A DNA stretch of 63,830 nucleotides, filler included, from Parasitella parasitica NRRL 2501 (taxonomy: Eukaryota > Fungi > Mucoromycota), in assembly GCA_025201805.1 (NCBI GenBank). It is 14 parts of 14 records of this genome, joined end to end, with 100 filler letters (N's around TTAATTAATTAA, not from the genome) between each part and the next. Parts side by side here need not be neighbours in the genome. Positions count along the whole stretch, not along the records: positions 1 to 9,355 come from MU619476.1; positions 9,456 to 11,221 come from MU619607.1; positions 11,322 to 16,773 come from MU619330.1; 11 more parts are not named here. One strand, written 5' to 3'. Below the pieces are notes generated by a model, which worked only from the letters and a program-made list of their open reading frames with translations, was not told where the DNA came from and ran no database searches. Shown in pieces: positions 1-11,695 of this stretch (positions are counted from its first letter, which is position 1; every line of letters starts with the position of its first letter). The translations under genes were made by a program, and so were the position numbers.

Positions 1-420
1 ATTTGAAGTTCATATTGATACTATTTACGGAGATTCTTTTTATGTGATGATCAGTTTATACTGATCTATAACACTAATAAACAGAATACCTAAATATCTA
101 ACCGTGAAACCGCGAAGCATTTATAAAAAGAAATCGAACCACAAACCACATTTGGAACGCATAGACCAATGTAAGGACTGGTCCATGCATGTCATTTACA
201 AATGTGTCAGAAACATCGATATTAGAATACCGTACTTCATTATGTAAAATCAAATACAGAAAAACATGACTGAAAGTTACGGCATAACTGACAGACAGAC
301 CGTTTACAACAACGAATATAAATAGAGTTGAAATGTCTAACCTTTGCACGTTATCTTATATTCAAAAAAAATAAAGAAGGAAATAAATTGTATCTATTGT
401 TGTTTTACACTTTTTATTAC

Positions 421-817
421 AGTAAGAGATGAAAGATAGATCTTTATTCTTTTGTATTCAATTGATATTTATAATAGCTAAAAGTGTTACACACAAAGTC
501 TGTGTGTACCTGACACGTGCGCAGAGATGTGTTAGTTTTTTTGTGTTGTTTTAATAAGAATTGTATATAAAGTATAAAGTAAGAGAAAGATAGATGATGT
601 TTATTCTTTTGTATTCAATTGATATTTATAATAACTAAAAGTGTGTCAGATTCACACGGACCTTGTGTGTAACCTTTTAGTCAATGTAAATATCTATCAA
701 AGTACAAAAGAATAAACGGTATCTTTTTATCTCCTAAATATCTTATACTTATATCTTATAATAATCCCATCTCTGCTCACGACAAGTGTTACACACAAAG
801 TCTCTGTGTACCTGACA
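421..817. repeat. Cluster of nested ~140-160 bp mini-LTR-like elements (TGTC...GACA termini)
   Basis: Inner copy 644..784 (TGTCAG...CACGACA) sits in inverted orientation inside another copy, with 4-bp TSD AGTG (640-643 / 785-788). Same family at 52618-52934 and ~54270-54369. Confidence 0.75.
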
Positions 818-873
818 GTGGTGCTACATTTATGGATTTAGGTAAAAAGGGGGCACTTTTTGGATAATGCATA

Positions 874-1431
874 CACTATTTTTAGAAATTATTCGCACAA
901 GCTGAGGAAAAAATTGCTCACATTTCATTTTACTTTCTGCATGCTTTTTATTTTATTGTTTGCATACTTTTAATAATAATATTTGCACACTTGTAAGAAT
1001 AGTTTTTGCGCACTTTTTTAATTAATTCTGCACAGTCTTAAAGAAGACATTACTTGAATGAACTTCCAGTTTTACCACGAAGATGGACATGGCAACGCTG
1101 TCGATGAGTACGGCAGAGAGCCTGTCTCGATGGATGTAGACAATGAGGGTTATCCTTTAGCCGATACCGTAAGTTTCGACAGTTACTTAGATTCCAAACC
1201 ACCTGAAAAGCCTAAGACATTAAAAGCCCCCAAAAAAGGGGTTTCGTCTTCAACTGGACCTTCTAACTACTACAAAAAGCATGGAGACGATGTCAAAGGT
1301 CACTTTTTTTATTTGGTTTACGAAACAGGCCTCACTGCGGGAAAATCAGGAGAGCAACTCGGTATTGCTCGTCGAACTGCTTATGACTGGCTCAAGAAGG
1401 ATCAAAAAGATATTATGGAAAGAATCAATCC
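874..1431 (+). mobile_element. Tc1/mariner (IS630-like) transposon, 5' fragment: TIR plus N-terminal HTH of transposase (ORF 1058..1444)
   Basis: TA|CACTATTTTTAGAAATTATTCGCAC resembles the terminus at 51341-51366. The ORF is homologous to 50794..51240 (F.H.DG.GNA..E.G.E; KPPEK; HTH 'QLGIARRTAYDWLKK'). Truncated by an LTR-like repeat at 1432. Confidence 0.75.
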
Positions 1432-1935
1432 TGATCTGCCATAATCATAGACAGGGAGATCATGGCAATGTACTTCAATTGAAGATTGAAGATTGNNNNN
1501 NNNNNNNNNNNNNNNNNNNNNNNNNNNNNNNNNNNNNNNNNNNNNNNNNNNNNNNNNNNNNNNNNNNNNNNNNNNNNNNNNNNNNNNNNNNNNNNNNNNN
1601 NNNNNNNNNNNNNNNNNNNNNNNNNNNNNNNNNNNNNNNNNNNNNNNNNNNNNNNNNNNNNNNNNNNNNNNNNNNNNNNNNNNNNNNNNNNNNNNNNNNN
1701 NNNNNNNNNNNNNNNNNNNNNNNNNNNNNATAACCTCATATCGTACCCTGTCAAGTAGATTGTCACTGTGAATTAGTCTTGTCAATTAGTAATCTAAATA
1801 AGTCACCATAAATTTATGTAGTTGTAAAAAGTATACTGTAAATAGCAGATGCAATTTCGATCTTAAATAAAGTATCGTTAAGTTTTCGTATCTCGTTAAC
1901 ATTTGGTTTTTTCATTATCTTTTTTTGATCCAACA
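1432..1935 (+). repeat. LTR-like repeat family B (TGATCTGCC...GATCCAACA), spans a gap
   Basis: TG...CA ends. Related copies at 12397-14715 (interrupted), 47296-47550 (minus) and 54703-55130. Confidence 0.65.
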
Positions 1936-4124
1936 GAGTCTATGATAGCTGAATATGAAGCCAGCATTAGCAAGTTGGCATACAGAGAAATCCAGAAAGC
2001 TCGTGGCATCAATACCTCTTTAGCCTATTGCAATAAGCTGGTAGAATTTCTTTTGTTCTATGAAAAAGTCTACGCTGTTCATTCACTCGTCTTTCGTTTC
2101 CAAGTTAGGTGGAAAGCTGCTTGCGTTTCTTTTGGAATCGGTAAATATGAGGGATATGTCTATACACGCAGCTTATGATATTTTGTGCTGTTTAAAGGTG
2201 GTAGAACGTACACTTCGTAAAGCTAGAAAAACCTATATCTACGAATCAAACAAAGAATCAGCAGCGAATACGGAGACCTTCGAAAATGCGATTTCTTCAA
2301 CAAACAAAAAGCTTTCCCACAGCACTTGCAATGTATAGATCCTTGCAATCGTCGACATAGAACTATCAACGACATTTGGACAGCAATACCAATGAATCTC
2401 CCAGAACGAAAACAGTTTCTCAGATTCTTAAGTGGGTTCGACAAAGACAATCAAAGGAAAATAAAGACAATTATGTGGACCGCGCAGCTAACTCTCTATC
2501 GAACGGTTACTCGACCAACATAAAGGTTGCGTTGATAGCTCCATGCATGATGTACAATAGTCCTCAGCAAAACTACAAGTTTGGATTTAGAAATGCAATT
2601 TCATTTCTGCTGCGACATTTCTTGCTGCTTCGCGGAGAATCCGCAAAGAACCTGCAGTTCTCGGATCTACAATATATGGAGCTTCACAAAGTAGAAGCTG
2701 TGGGTACATACCCTTCTATTGTCTTTATCTTCAATCAGGGCAAGCGCAACAAGGATGGCAAGACCGAGTCTGGCGCTTGTATGCGGAATAAAATGGTCGA
2801 TATCTGTCCTTTCGTGGCCCTCAGTTTCCACTTTTTCTGGAGATGGAATCACGAAAAAGAAGAATTTCCAAACATGGATAGCAACAAAGACTGGTTCAAC
2901 ATGAAGGTAATCCATGGCGCAAGGCTCTAGTCAGCAACTGTAAAAGGTAACGTTACAACGCACTGTATAGGTTGAATTCACAATTATCAACATTGATTTT
3001 TTGCAGGTGACATTGATGCTGCTGACGATGTTGAATATGACTCTTCTAGCGACGAACGCAACTACCAAGAAAAATGTAGCCACTGGAAAACACCAATCTC
3101 AAGTGCCACTCAAACTAGGTTCATGAGAGAGGCTTTTAACCGTGCTGGTGTCTTTACCGCAGGAAAGGTTACGCACGCTCCTCGTATTTGTGCCACGCAA
3201 ATGGCTGATCTCTTTGGTATTCCTGCCGCGCAAACCCAGAGAATGGGCAAGTGGGGCACTGATGTCATGAAAAAGTCATATCTAATCACAATTCCCTCGC
3301 CAGTTCATGAGAGCCATTGCCGGGTTTGACAACGATGCCGCCTATCATATACCAAGGGCTATTGAGGAGCCTTGCCAAGGGCTGAAGGACTTGGTTTTTC
3401 CGATGGCTGACTACTGGTCTGAGCGGGTCTCCACCGATTCAGTCAAACAAAGCTCTGGCTCGGCAGTAAAATTCTAATGCTTATAAAATGCTTCAAGACA
3501 ACCTTTATGCAAAATGCGGCTGCTATGATGAACCTGATACCCGACCATTCAATCTGGAGGCACGAGATCTTTAAGACGCAACTATTTGCTGATTTCAAAA
3601 AGTAAGTTTTCATGAAAGTTGCTTTCCGAGATCCTGCATCTAAAATGCTCACTCTTCTTACAGAAAAGTGGATGCTCATTTAGATGCTGATAAAGAGCCA
3701 GACTCTCTGAACATCAGTGGGGTTGCCCTCGAGATTCTGCAGCAGCTTGAACAAATTAAAAGGCTAATCAATGCTGGAATGACCGAAAATAGTGAGAAGC
3801 AAAAAGCTGCACAAAATGAAGCCCAGATATTCCAGCAACGCATTCTGGATATTGTCAGTGGCAACAACGTACCAATCCCCAGCCCATGTTTACCATCTTG
3901 TGCTATTATCCCAACTGCAACTCTGCCAGACCATCTTCAGTACACTGCTGGCGGTATTCCTATTTACACAATGGCTTGTGAAATATCCACAGTCAAAGAC
4001 CTGTGGAAGGAATGGATATTGGGCAGTTAAAGAGTTGGAGAGGAAATGCAGCAGCAGTTATAGAGTAAAAGATACGAAATGGTTCAACATTCGAAAAAAC
4101 ATAATTGATGCAGTATTGTACTAA
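1936..4124 (+). pseudogene. Degenerate Crypton tyrosine recombinase (Ndc10 domain II-like plus C-terminal GCR1_C)
   Basis: Fragments carry LLRGES (Arg), GKRNKDG, CPF..L..HFF.RW, THAPR (HxxR), GKWG, SYL (Tyr) and YTM..EI.TVKDLWKEW (GCR1_C). Multiple frameshifts and stops; introns present. Confidence 0.8.
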
Positions 4125-4501
4125 ATTCACTAAACAAAAAAATAAAAAAGCATATGGAAACAACGTAAGATACGCAATTGTTAGTTAAACATCCCTATAG
4201 ACTACACATTTTATCGGAATGAGTTTATTGTACAGTAAATTGCTGCTCGAATGAAGCAATGGAAAGCAGTTGATACTAGCTATTGCATTGAGTGTCTCAA
4301 AATGATGAATATAATGTATTTTATTATCTGATTTATCTGATATGTGAGATCCACTGAAGATTATATGTCTGATTGCATGCCTAATATATCATAATATACT
4401 GTATTTCAGAAATGATCTCAAGGTTATCTTTGGTGGGCTATTCACTTCAATTTTGTTTTTACAGTTAAAAAAAAAATACAATCTTTATTAATATAAAGCA
4501 A

Positions 4502-7500
4502 CAGTATCATAACTAAAAAAATATTTATTTCCTCCAATTAAAATTGAGAAATCATCCAAAATAGTTTTCATATAAGGATTGTACCACTTAATGATACTGA
4601 AATCCACTTAACAATACTGAAAATCTACTGGTATTAGAAATTAAAAAAAGACAAACAAAGTTAATAATACTGAAATCCGGAAAATGAACCAATGTGATAG
4701 CTCTTACTTTTCAGTATTATTAAATCAAAAAAAGTATAAATGCTGGGCAGTCTGTAAGCTATCTACAAGTTACTTTTAACTTCTTATTTATCTTTCAATC
4801 TTAATAACTATGCAACCAATTTTACCAGCTACTCAACGGAAGATGCGTCTTATTAAGCGTGATTCTCCTGAATCTAGCTCGGATTCAGAACAAGTGCCTG
4901 AATCTACCTTTTTGCCAATTGAGAAGGTGGTTCGCACCGAAGAAAGTGGATCTTCGGTTCAAAAAGCTCGCCGTGGTCGTCCTAAGAAGGCTCGTGTCGA
5001 AATGGTCCCTTTGGAATCCTCTCAAAGTGAAGCCACTAGTGCTGCTCCTTCTGCCATTATTCCTACTAAAACAGGTGCTTCCCAGCAAGTTGATGAAGTT
5101 GTTCTTGCACTTCAAGACATTTTGAAGAACAAGCGGCCAAGTACCGAATTGGCTTATCGAATGCCTTTGGCTGTTTGGAAGGTATTGACATAATGAGTTT
5201 TGTTGGTGTACTTTTTCAAAAATAACCACTAAATTTTATATATGAATTAGGAATACTGCCAAAGCTTGGACCTTGGTAGATTTAGCGAAGATAATTTGCA
5301 TCCTTACACTGTTGGTCCGCCCGCTAAAGTAGCAGCCTTTTTTAACGAATGCGTATTCAAGAAAACGTACACAAAACATGTAACAATCGGTGCAGACGTC
5401 AGAACGCAAGTGTCATTGCAAAATGATGGAGATTCTGGACCATCAACCAGATTGATTGACTGTAAGGATTGCATTAAAATATACTATTGCATTTTCTTTT
5501 AACATTCAAACTATAGTGACAGAAGATGCCCCAACAAATAAATCTGGAAGAGCAAAAAAACTTCAAGTACCTATTGGCATTGAGGCTGTAAACCAGTACA
5601 AGAAGGCTTTGATGTCTTTGCATGAATATCAAGTAGCTACCAGAGGAATAACATGGCCATCTCCAAAAATATGCAAAGAGGTGAAAAACACAATCAAACA
5701 GTATGGCGCAAACTTGATCTACGACCAAGTACAGACAAATGCCGATAGAGCTGCTCATTGTATCATCCGGGATTCATATAAAATCGGCCAATTTATTAAA
5801 ATCCTACTAGACTTGTGGTGCTCAACTGACAAGCTTCATTTGCGAGAAAGGTTTTCAATTTCTGCTCGCCACCACATGCTTCTTCGAGATCAAGACTTAC
5901 GAAATTTGAATTTCTCGGATTGTTTTTCGGCTATTATTTCGCGCACGCAACATAGAGGTGTACAGCAAGCTGTTGCTCTCCTTTTTTGCTTGGATAAGGG
6001 TAAAAATCTGAAGGATGGTGAAGTAAAATTTGCGTGCGTGATGAGACATTACAATCTCTACAGATGTCCTTTCAGTGACTTTGCGTTTTATATGTTCAGC
6101 AAACTTCAGGTAACTATAAAGAAAAAGATTTCATAAATAGATTATTGAACTTTTACTTGTATTTGTCTTGTCTCAGAAGGAAGAGCCTGCGTTCCTGGAC
6201 GACACAAGATGGCATAATTTTAAAGTACTTGTAGACAAAGAAGAGGGTATAAGTAGTGTCCAGCAGTACAATGCAACAAAGAAAATCTTTTTAAAGCATG
6301 GAATTCATACAAGTAGAGTTACGCATGGTGGCCGTCATGCCGGAGCTATGGAAGCTGAATCCCTTGGTATCCCCACTGATATCATCAAAAAAGGCGGTGG
6401 ATGGAAGGATCGCTTGGGTCGCCTGGAGACTCATTACCTTGGCAAGCTGCCATCTGAGTTTGCTCGTGGTATGGCTGGTTTTTGGAATAAGCCATTCGTA
6501 CTTGAAAGAAATAGAGTGGATCCTCCCACTGAACTGCAGCAAGAAGTCTTCCCTTGGATTGAGGGTTGCTTTGGGGAGAATAATACCGATTGGAAGAAAG
6601 AATGTCTGGACGAAATGAACCAGATAGATGAAAATGAGTTTTACGAGGAAGATGTTGAGGCTGAATTTGTTGAAGACGATGTAAGTCAGTCGACTTTGAG
6701 GAAAGGAAAGAAAAGGCAAAAGCAAGCAGTGGTCGTACACAAGACCATAGATGCCGCAAAAAGAGGGTTTTTGAAATTGTTGATCAGGTGTAGAAGGATC
6801 ATTTTGCAAGACGCAGCTGCCTATCTCATTTTTAAAAAAGAAAACCACATTGTCAACACTCTCCCTTCATCGAACAACTTCTTTCTCTTGCCCCAGTTTA
6901 AAATATTCCAAGAACAAGTCAGACGTTCGATCAATACTCCTACCAATGATGACCGACTTCAAGATTACGAGAGCCTCGTCCCTCACATCGTAGACTCTCC
7001 AAATGAAGTATCCAGCCGGATCGCTGGTTTTGACCAGCAACTTACTCAAATTCAAAAAAACATCCAGCGAGATCTTAGGCAAGAAATACTTGAACTCAAA
7101 CAGCAATCACTTCTGAATCAGCAAAACGCCTCAAGGCAGATCAGTCAATTGCAACAGCACTTGCAACAATCCTTGGGTATGCAGCAGCTGATTCTGACCA
7201 ATTTACAATTTTTAACAAATCAGCGAATTGAGTCGATTGTTTCTACCTCTCCTACCGCTGCCACCTCAAATTCATCTTCTTTTGCTTCTTTCTCTGCTCC
7301 TGTTCCTGATCTTCCTTCTTCATCCGTTCCATCCAGTTCCGTTCCATCCAGTTCTACTTCCACTTCTTTCACGTCGATTGCATCTTCTTCGCGTGCACTA
7401 CTTCCAACTCCTGCCCAGCCAGAAAACACTGTTTCTGATAACAGTAGCTCGTCTACAAGAACGAGAAGAAAATACAAAAAAAAAGAGAAGGCAACAAAAT

Positions 7501-7988
7501 GGGTTAATTACAATTTATAGAATAAACAAAAAATATTATATATATACTATGAACGAGTAAAATCTCTAATAATTGTTGAGTCTAGCAAATATGCTTATAT
7601 AATGCTTCATAAAATGTTGAACTTCCTTAAGAAATACATCACTAATGAAAGCTCATGTCAGTTAATTTAATAATGATCATACTTTTACAATAACTTAACG
7701 TAATGGCAATCAAACATTAGTATGATTTGACTTAATAAAAAAACCCCATCCGTTATTATTTGCTATAAATTTAAAAATTAGCTTACAGGCGCAGATTGTT
7801 CAAAATTCAACAAAAAGTGCCTCTCGGTATTGAGATTTTGGTATTTTTGCAATTTTTTCCAAAAAAGTAAAAAAGAATGAACATCACCATTTAGAGTAAT
7901 TTTTTTGGCTTCTGGCCCAATAGAAATCTGATTTTTTTGATTGGCTGATTATTTTAATTTTTCTGTGGTTATTATACCGTTACAGTAT
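4502..7988 (+). mobile_element. Crypton DNA transposon, apparently full length
   Basis: Left end fixed by where homology with the second copy begins (CAGTATCATAAC at 4502 vs 49293). Right end inferred from the (A)CAGTAT direct repeat and inverted arm at 7968-7988. Confidence 0.65.
4810..7520 (+). CDS. Crypton tyrosine recombinase (Ndc10-II-like), 4 exons: 4810-5181, 5251-5461, 5517-6109, 6177-7520
   Basis: GT-AG introns join an open frame. AT-hook RRGRPKK. Catalytic set LLRDQD (R), KGK (K), THGGRH (HxxR), GGW (W), THYL (Y). C-terminal coiled coil and Ser-rich tail. Confidence 0.88.
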
Positions 7989-8124
7989 AAAACTACATAA
8001 CTATGCACTTCTTGGTTCTTATAGTACATGTACCATAATACTAACACAATGAACCGCTAGAAGGTGAGTGCACATCTGATTGCGGCCCCCAGAACTCAAA
8101 ACACCAGCTGCAAAGGGTAATTAC

Positions 8125-8432
8125 TGATGTGTCAATTTCCCAACCGGAAGTCAAACTCAAGTAAACTCAATCCTGAACACAATTCAGGAACGTATCACAA
8201 TGGATCACATTCCTTATTTATAACTCAACATGTCATGTTCATGGACAATAGATACGATCTATCGTTCCATTCTCTAAATCACACCATGTCTCACACTTGT
8301 ATCTTATCCTCCCATCAGTCCACTTAGATTTACTAGTATATAAACCATCATTTTTTCCATGTAATAAACGAGATCTTTACCTGATTAATCCACAACCGTT
8401 TTATTTGAATAATTCCTCATTCTGATAAATCA
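8125..8432 (+). repeat. Solo LTR family C (TGATG...ATCA) with 5-bp TSD ATTAC
   Basis: ATTAC at 8120-8124 and 8433-8437. Related copies at 16358-16671(-), ~18050-18368(-), ~25563, ~46689 and 47018-47275. Confidence 0.85.
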
Positions 8433-8594
8433 ATTACTTCCCACATTTACCGACATGGAGGACCAAACGCGCCATCTATCTAACGTTAAGAATGGAACAA
8501 GTTGAATTGTTCTTTTTAGTAAACCGTAACTAGTGCTAGTGCTGCCCGCCTACTTAAGTGCATTTACTAACATCAGCTCCAATCTGCGAGCCAT

Positions 8595-9277
8595 ATGTCT
8601 CCAGGGAAAAGCCTACCTAATACTACACCAATTGACGTACCTGTTCCTGCATTCGAAGAGGCAGAGGATCTTTTGAACGATACTGTACAATCTGGATCAG
8701 AGGACGAGGAGGAGATTGATTTGACTCCCGGTGATGGATGGAGCAATGGTGAAGTCTTTGTCGATAGTAGACTCTGCTCTGAATGCTACCAGCAAACAAG
8801 AGCTAAGCCTAACATGGAAGGCTTCAGAGATGCTTCTCCTTTGGACTATTTCCTGTTTTTCTTACTTCAAGAGTACTTCCATGAAATCATCAGGAACACC
8901 AACCATCATGCAAGAGATGTCAACCCCACATGGAGAGACATTACCTTCAACAAGTGTATGATGTGGCTGGCACTCTTGACCGTAATGACAGTGCTTGCTC
9001 ACTCAAACCTCAAGGCATACTGGAAGTTGGGGCATAGCCATTTCACCATGAACGTAGACTTTTGCCAATACATGTCTTTTAAAAGATTCAGCGACATCAT
9101 GCATATGCATGCTTTTGAAATTCCTACTGTGGAAAAACAAATCAATGATCCCTTGTATCAGATCCGTGCTCTCATCAAGGCCTTCAGTGACAAGATGGCT
9201 GACGTGTCACTCCTGAAAAGTACTTGGTCATTGATGAGTCAATGAACCAGTGGTTGGGTGTTGGGATGCCCAACTTG
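8595..9277 (+). pseudogene. piggyBac transposase fragment (DDE_Tnp_1_7-like)
   Basis: SPLDYF.FF, IIRNTN, MSFKRF..I, DPLYQIR, then frameshifted VIDESM (first catalytic Asp). Cut at 9278 by a CACCATGG-ended element. Confidence 0.8.
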
Positions 9278-9355
9278 CACCATGGCTAACTTGTGTGATA
9301 AAATCCTAACTACTGGTGATGCTTTAGCAACTAGGTGTCCAAAATAAGCACCAGT
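9278..9355 (+). mobile_element. Terminal inverted repeat of a CMC/EnSpm (CACTA-like) element (CACCATGGCTAAC...)
   Basis: Near-exact reverse complement of the ends at ~61210-61288 and ~61645-61723. Lies upstream (across a gap) of a Tnp2-type transposase. Confidence 0.65.
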
Positions 9356-9613
9356 NNNNNNNNNNNNNNNNNNNNNNNNNNNNNNNNNNNNNNNNNNNNT
9401 TAATTAATTAANNNNNNNNNNNNNNNNNNNNNNNNNNNNNNNNNNNNNNNNNNNNATAGAGTCATGTGCATACCTTCTTTTTACAAAAATTATGATATCA
9501 TAGCGATCAATGCAAAACAGTTGATCATTGTGGAGGATGTGAATATAAAAGGCCTCCACAACTTTTGTTAATACGAGCCATCTTCTCTTTTCAGTATACT
9601 AGTAAAAGCAAAA

Positions 9614-11220
9614 ATGTCCTTCCCCTCCCGTAAACGAACAAGATTCTCCAATGCCACTCTGAAGCAAGTTCGAGATCTTTTGGTGGAAAAATTGGATCCC
9701 AATTCATCAGTTCCTGCTCCAGTTACTCGTGAATCCTTATATTCCAATGAAACTGGCCATTACGTGTCTGGTGAACAGTCTTCTTCCAATGGTGATACTC
9801 AAGACAACAAAAATCCACTCTCTTTTTCTGGTCTATCTGATAATAGTAGTGATGTCGATGAAGGCAATGAGTACGAGGATGGTGAAGATGACGATGATGG
9901 CGAGGGTTATTCTGCAGCAGGGATATTTCTTCAAGATGAAGGTAGGTTTAGACATTGCAAGAGTGGATTGAATAAACAACTTACGGAAGTCATTGCGTAT
10001 GCATAAATACATCTGTAACAACAGATAATAGTGATGACGAGGCTGTGATGGATGATGTTGGAGGCGATCAAACCGACGACGATACTATTGAATATAAAAT
10101 TCAAATACCTGATCATCCATTCACGCCGGTTGAGACTTACAGCTTGATGTTGGAGGATGTCTGCAATACTTTCAACATTCCACGAGAAGGAGCACAAACG
10201 CTCAGGCATTTGATAAACAAAATTATAAACGATAATGACTTAGGTATGTTGTCTCTATAAATAATTTGAGGAGGGGTTTTAGTGAAATGGCTGCTGTGAG
10301 ATGACAAATTTTTCATACCTTGTTTTTTTTGTCCATGTAGACCGTTCAAGCCAGCTTTTAAGCCGTGAAGCTTGCAGTAACTTGCTCAAAAAGGTGATCC
10401 CCATAAAGATGACAAAGCCATTTCAAGTTTGCAGTAACGGGTGCTATTTGTACAACAACGATGGCACTTCTTCCTGCCCTGTTTGCCACAATTCTACCAA
10501 GAAAATGACAAAAATGGTTTCTATCACAGAGAAAGATGTTGAGATGCTATCATGCGACGATATTCGACAGAATTTGATACAAATGCAAATAGACCGCTTT
10601 GCTTGCAACAATGACAATACTGATTCCTCTTATGGTGATATATATGATGGTGCACTTTTTAAAACGTTATACAGCTCAAAAATGATAAATAACGATCCCG
10701 ATATCCTGAACATATATTTGAAGCTGGATATTGATGGTTTCACTTGTTCTGCTTCCCGATCGAGTATGGTGATGATTCATGCCGTAGTTCTGAACCTGGA
10801 TAGTGCTGAAAGGTACTGAGATATCATTGCAACCGCTATATTATACCTGTGTATTAATTTCAGTTTCACCTTTTTGTGCAAAAATTAGATATGCAAGACA
10901 TGCCACCTTCCAAGTCGCTATCTTACCAGGAAAGTCGAAATCAGATTTTGAATCTTTTTTGAGTCCAATTGTCGAAGAGATAATTTTGCTTAGCAAAAAG
11001 ACTCTGGTTGTTCAAGCCGGCAAAGCTCCACCTGTTCGTTGCAAAGTCTACGCACTTTTTATAAATGGCGATGGAGTTGAGATCAACAGACTGCTGCGAT
11101 ACTCAGGTCACACTCAGTAAGTGAATATCTGATGGAATGGCATTGTTGAATTAATGTGTTTTGGATACTGTATAATAGTAAATACGGTTGCCGTTTCTGC
11201 GTGACCCCTGGATCTCATAG
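9614..11220 (+). CDS. CACTA/EnSpm (Tnp2 / Transposase_21-like) transposase, spliced, truncated by gap, probably degenerate
   Basis: C.NGC.LY...CPVC, YGDIYDG, IDGF, FLSPIVEE, NGDG...H and YGCRFC motifs across ORFs 9614, 10045, 10301 and 10803. Confidence 0.75.
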
Positions 11221-11335
11221 ANNNNNNNNNNNNNNNNNNNNNNNNNNNNNNNNNNNNNNNNNNNNTTAATTAATTAANNNNNNNNNNNNNNNNNNNNNNN
11301 NNNNNNNNNNNNNNNNNNNNNAAATTGCATTATAG

Positions 11336-11695
11336 GCCTTTAAGCGGGGGAAACGTGGTATTTATGATTAAGAGGCATTTATTTAACCAAGTCATGAAGC
11401 TACATAAAAATAGCTTTTGAAGTCGCATTTCACGGCATCTTGGCTATTGATTCATATCAAGAGATAACCGTATTGCTTAAGGAGTTCATGTTTTGCTCCT
11501 CAATTGAAATAGGTGCTTCCCTGCTAAAGGCTTGTATTTGCAGTGGTGAATTCAAGCTCAGAAGCATGTTGCCATTGCAACTTGCACACATCCTAAATTT
11601 TCATGGCTTATTTTTCAAAAAATTACCTGTTATTTAGGATATGTTTACAAAGTGTTTTTGCAAGCAGCCTTTGAATTTTGAATCGAACCATATAC
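11336..11695 (+). repeat. Dispersed repeat family D (GCCTTTAAGCGGGGGAAA...CTCCTCAATTGAAATAGG...)
   Basis: Similar copies at ~17471-17727, ~55601-55870 and ~18570-18720 (minus). Confidence 0.6.

Noticed and set aside
1486-1785. ORFs made of X residues (also 51948-52576)
   Set aside because: Translations of N gaps.
4810-7520. Domesticated kinetochore Ndc10 gene
   Set aside because: Catalytic residues are intact and a near-identical copy is inserted in another transposon, so it behaves as a mobile Crypton.
8127-8327. Repeated small ORF MCQFPNRKSN... (also 16470-16673)
   Set aside because: Chance frame within solo LTR family C, which has TG..CA ends and TSDs.
9400-9411. Recurrent TTAATTAATTAA between N runs
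   Set aside because: Identical six-frame-stop spacer in the middle of each 100-bp gap; a scaffolding artefact, not a piggyBac site or biological repeat.
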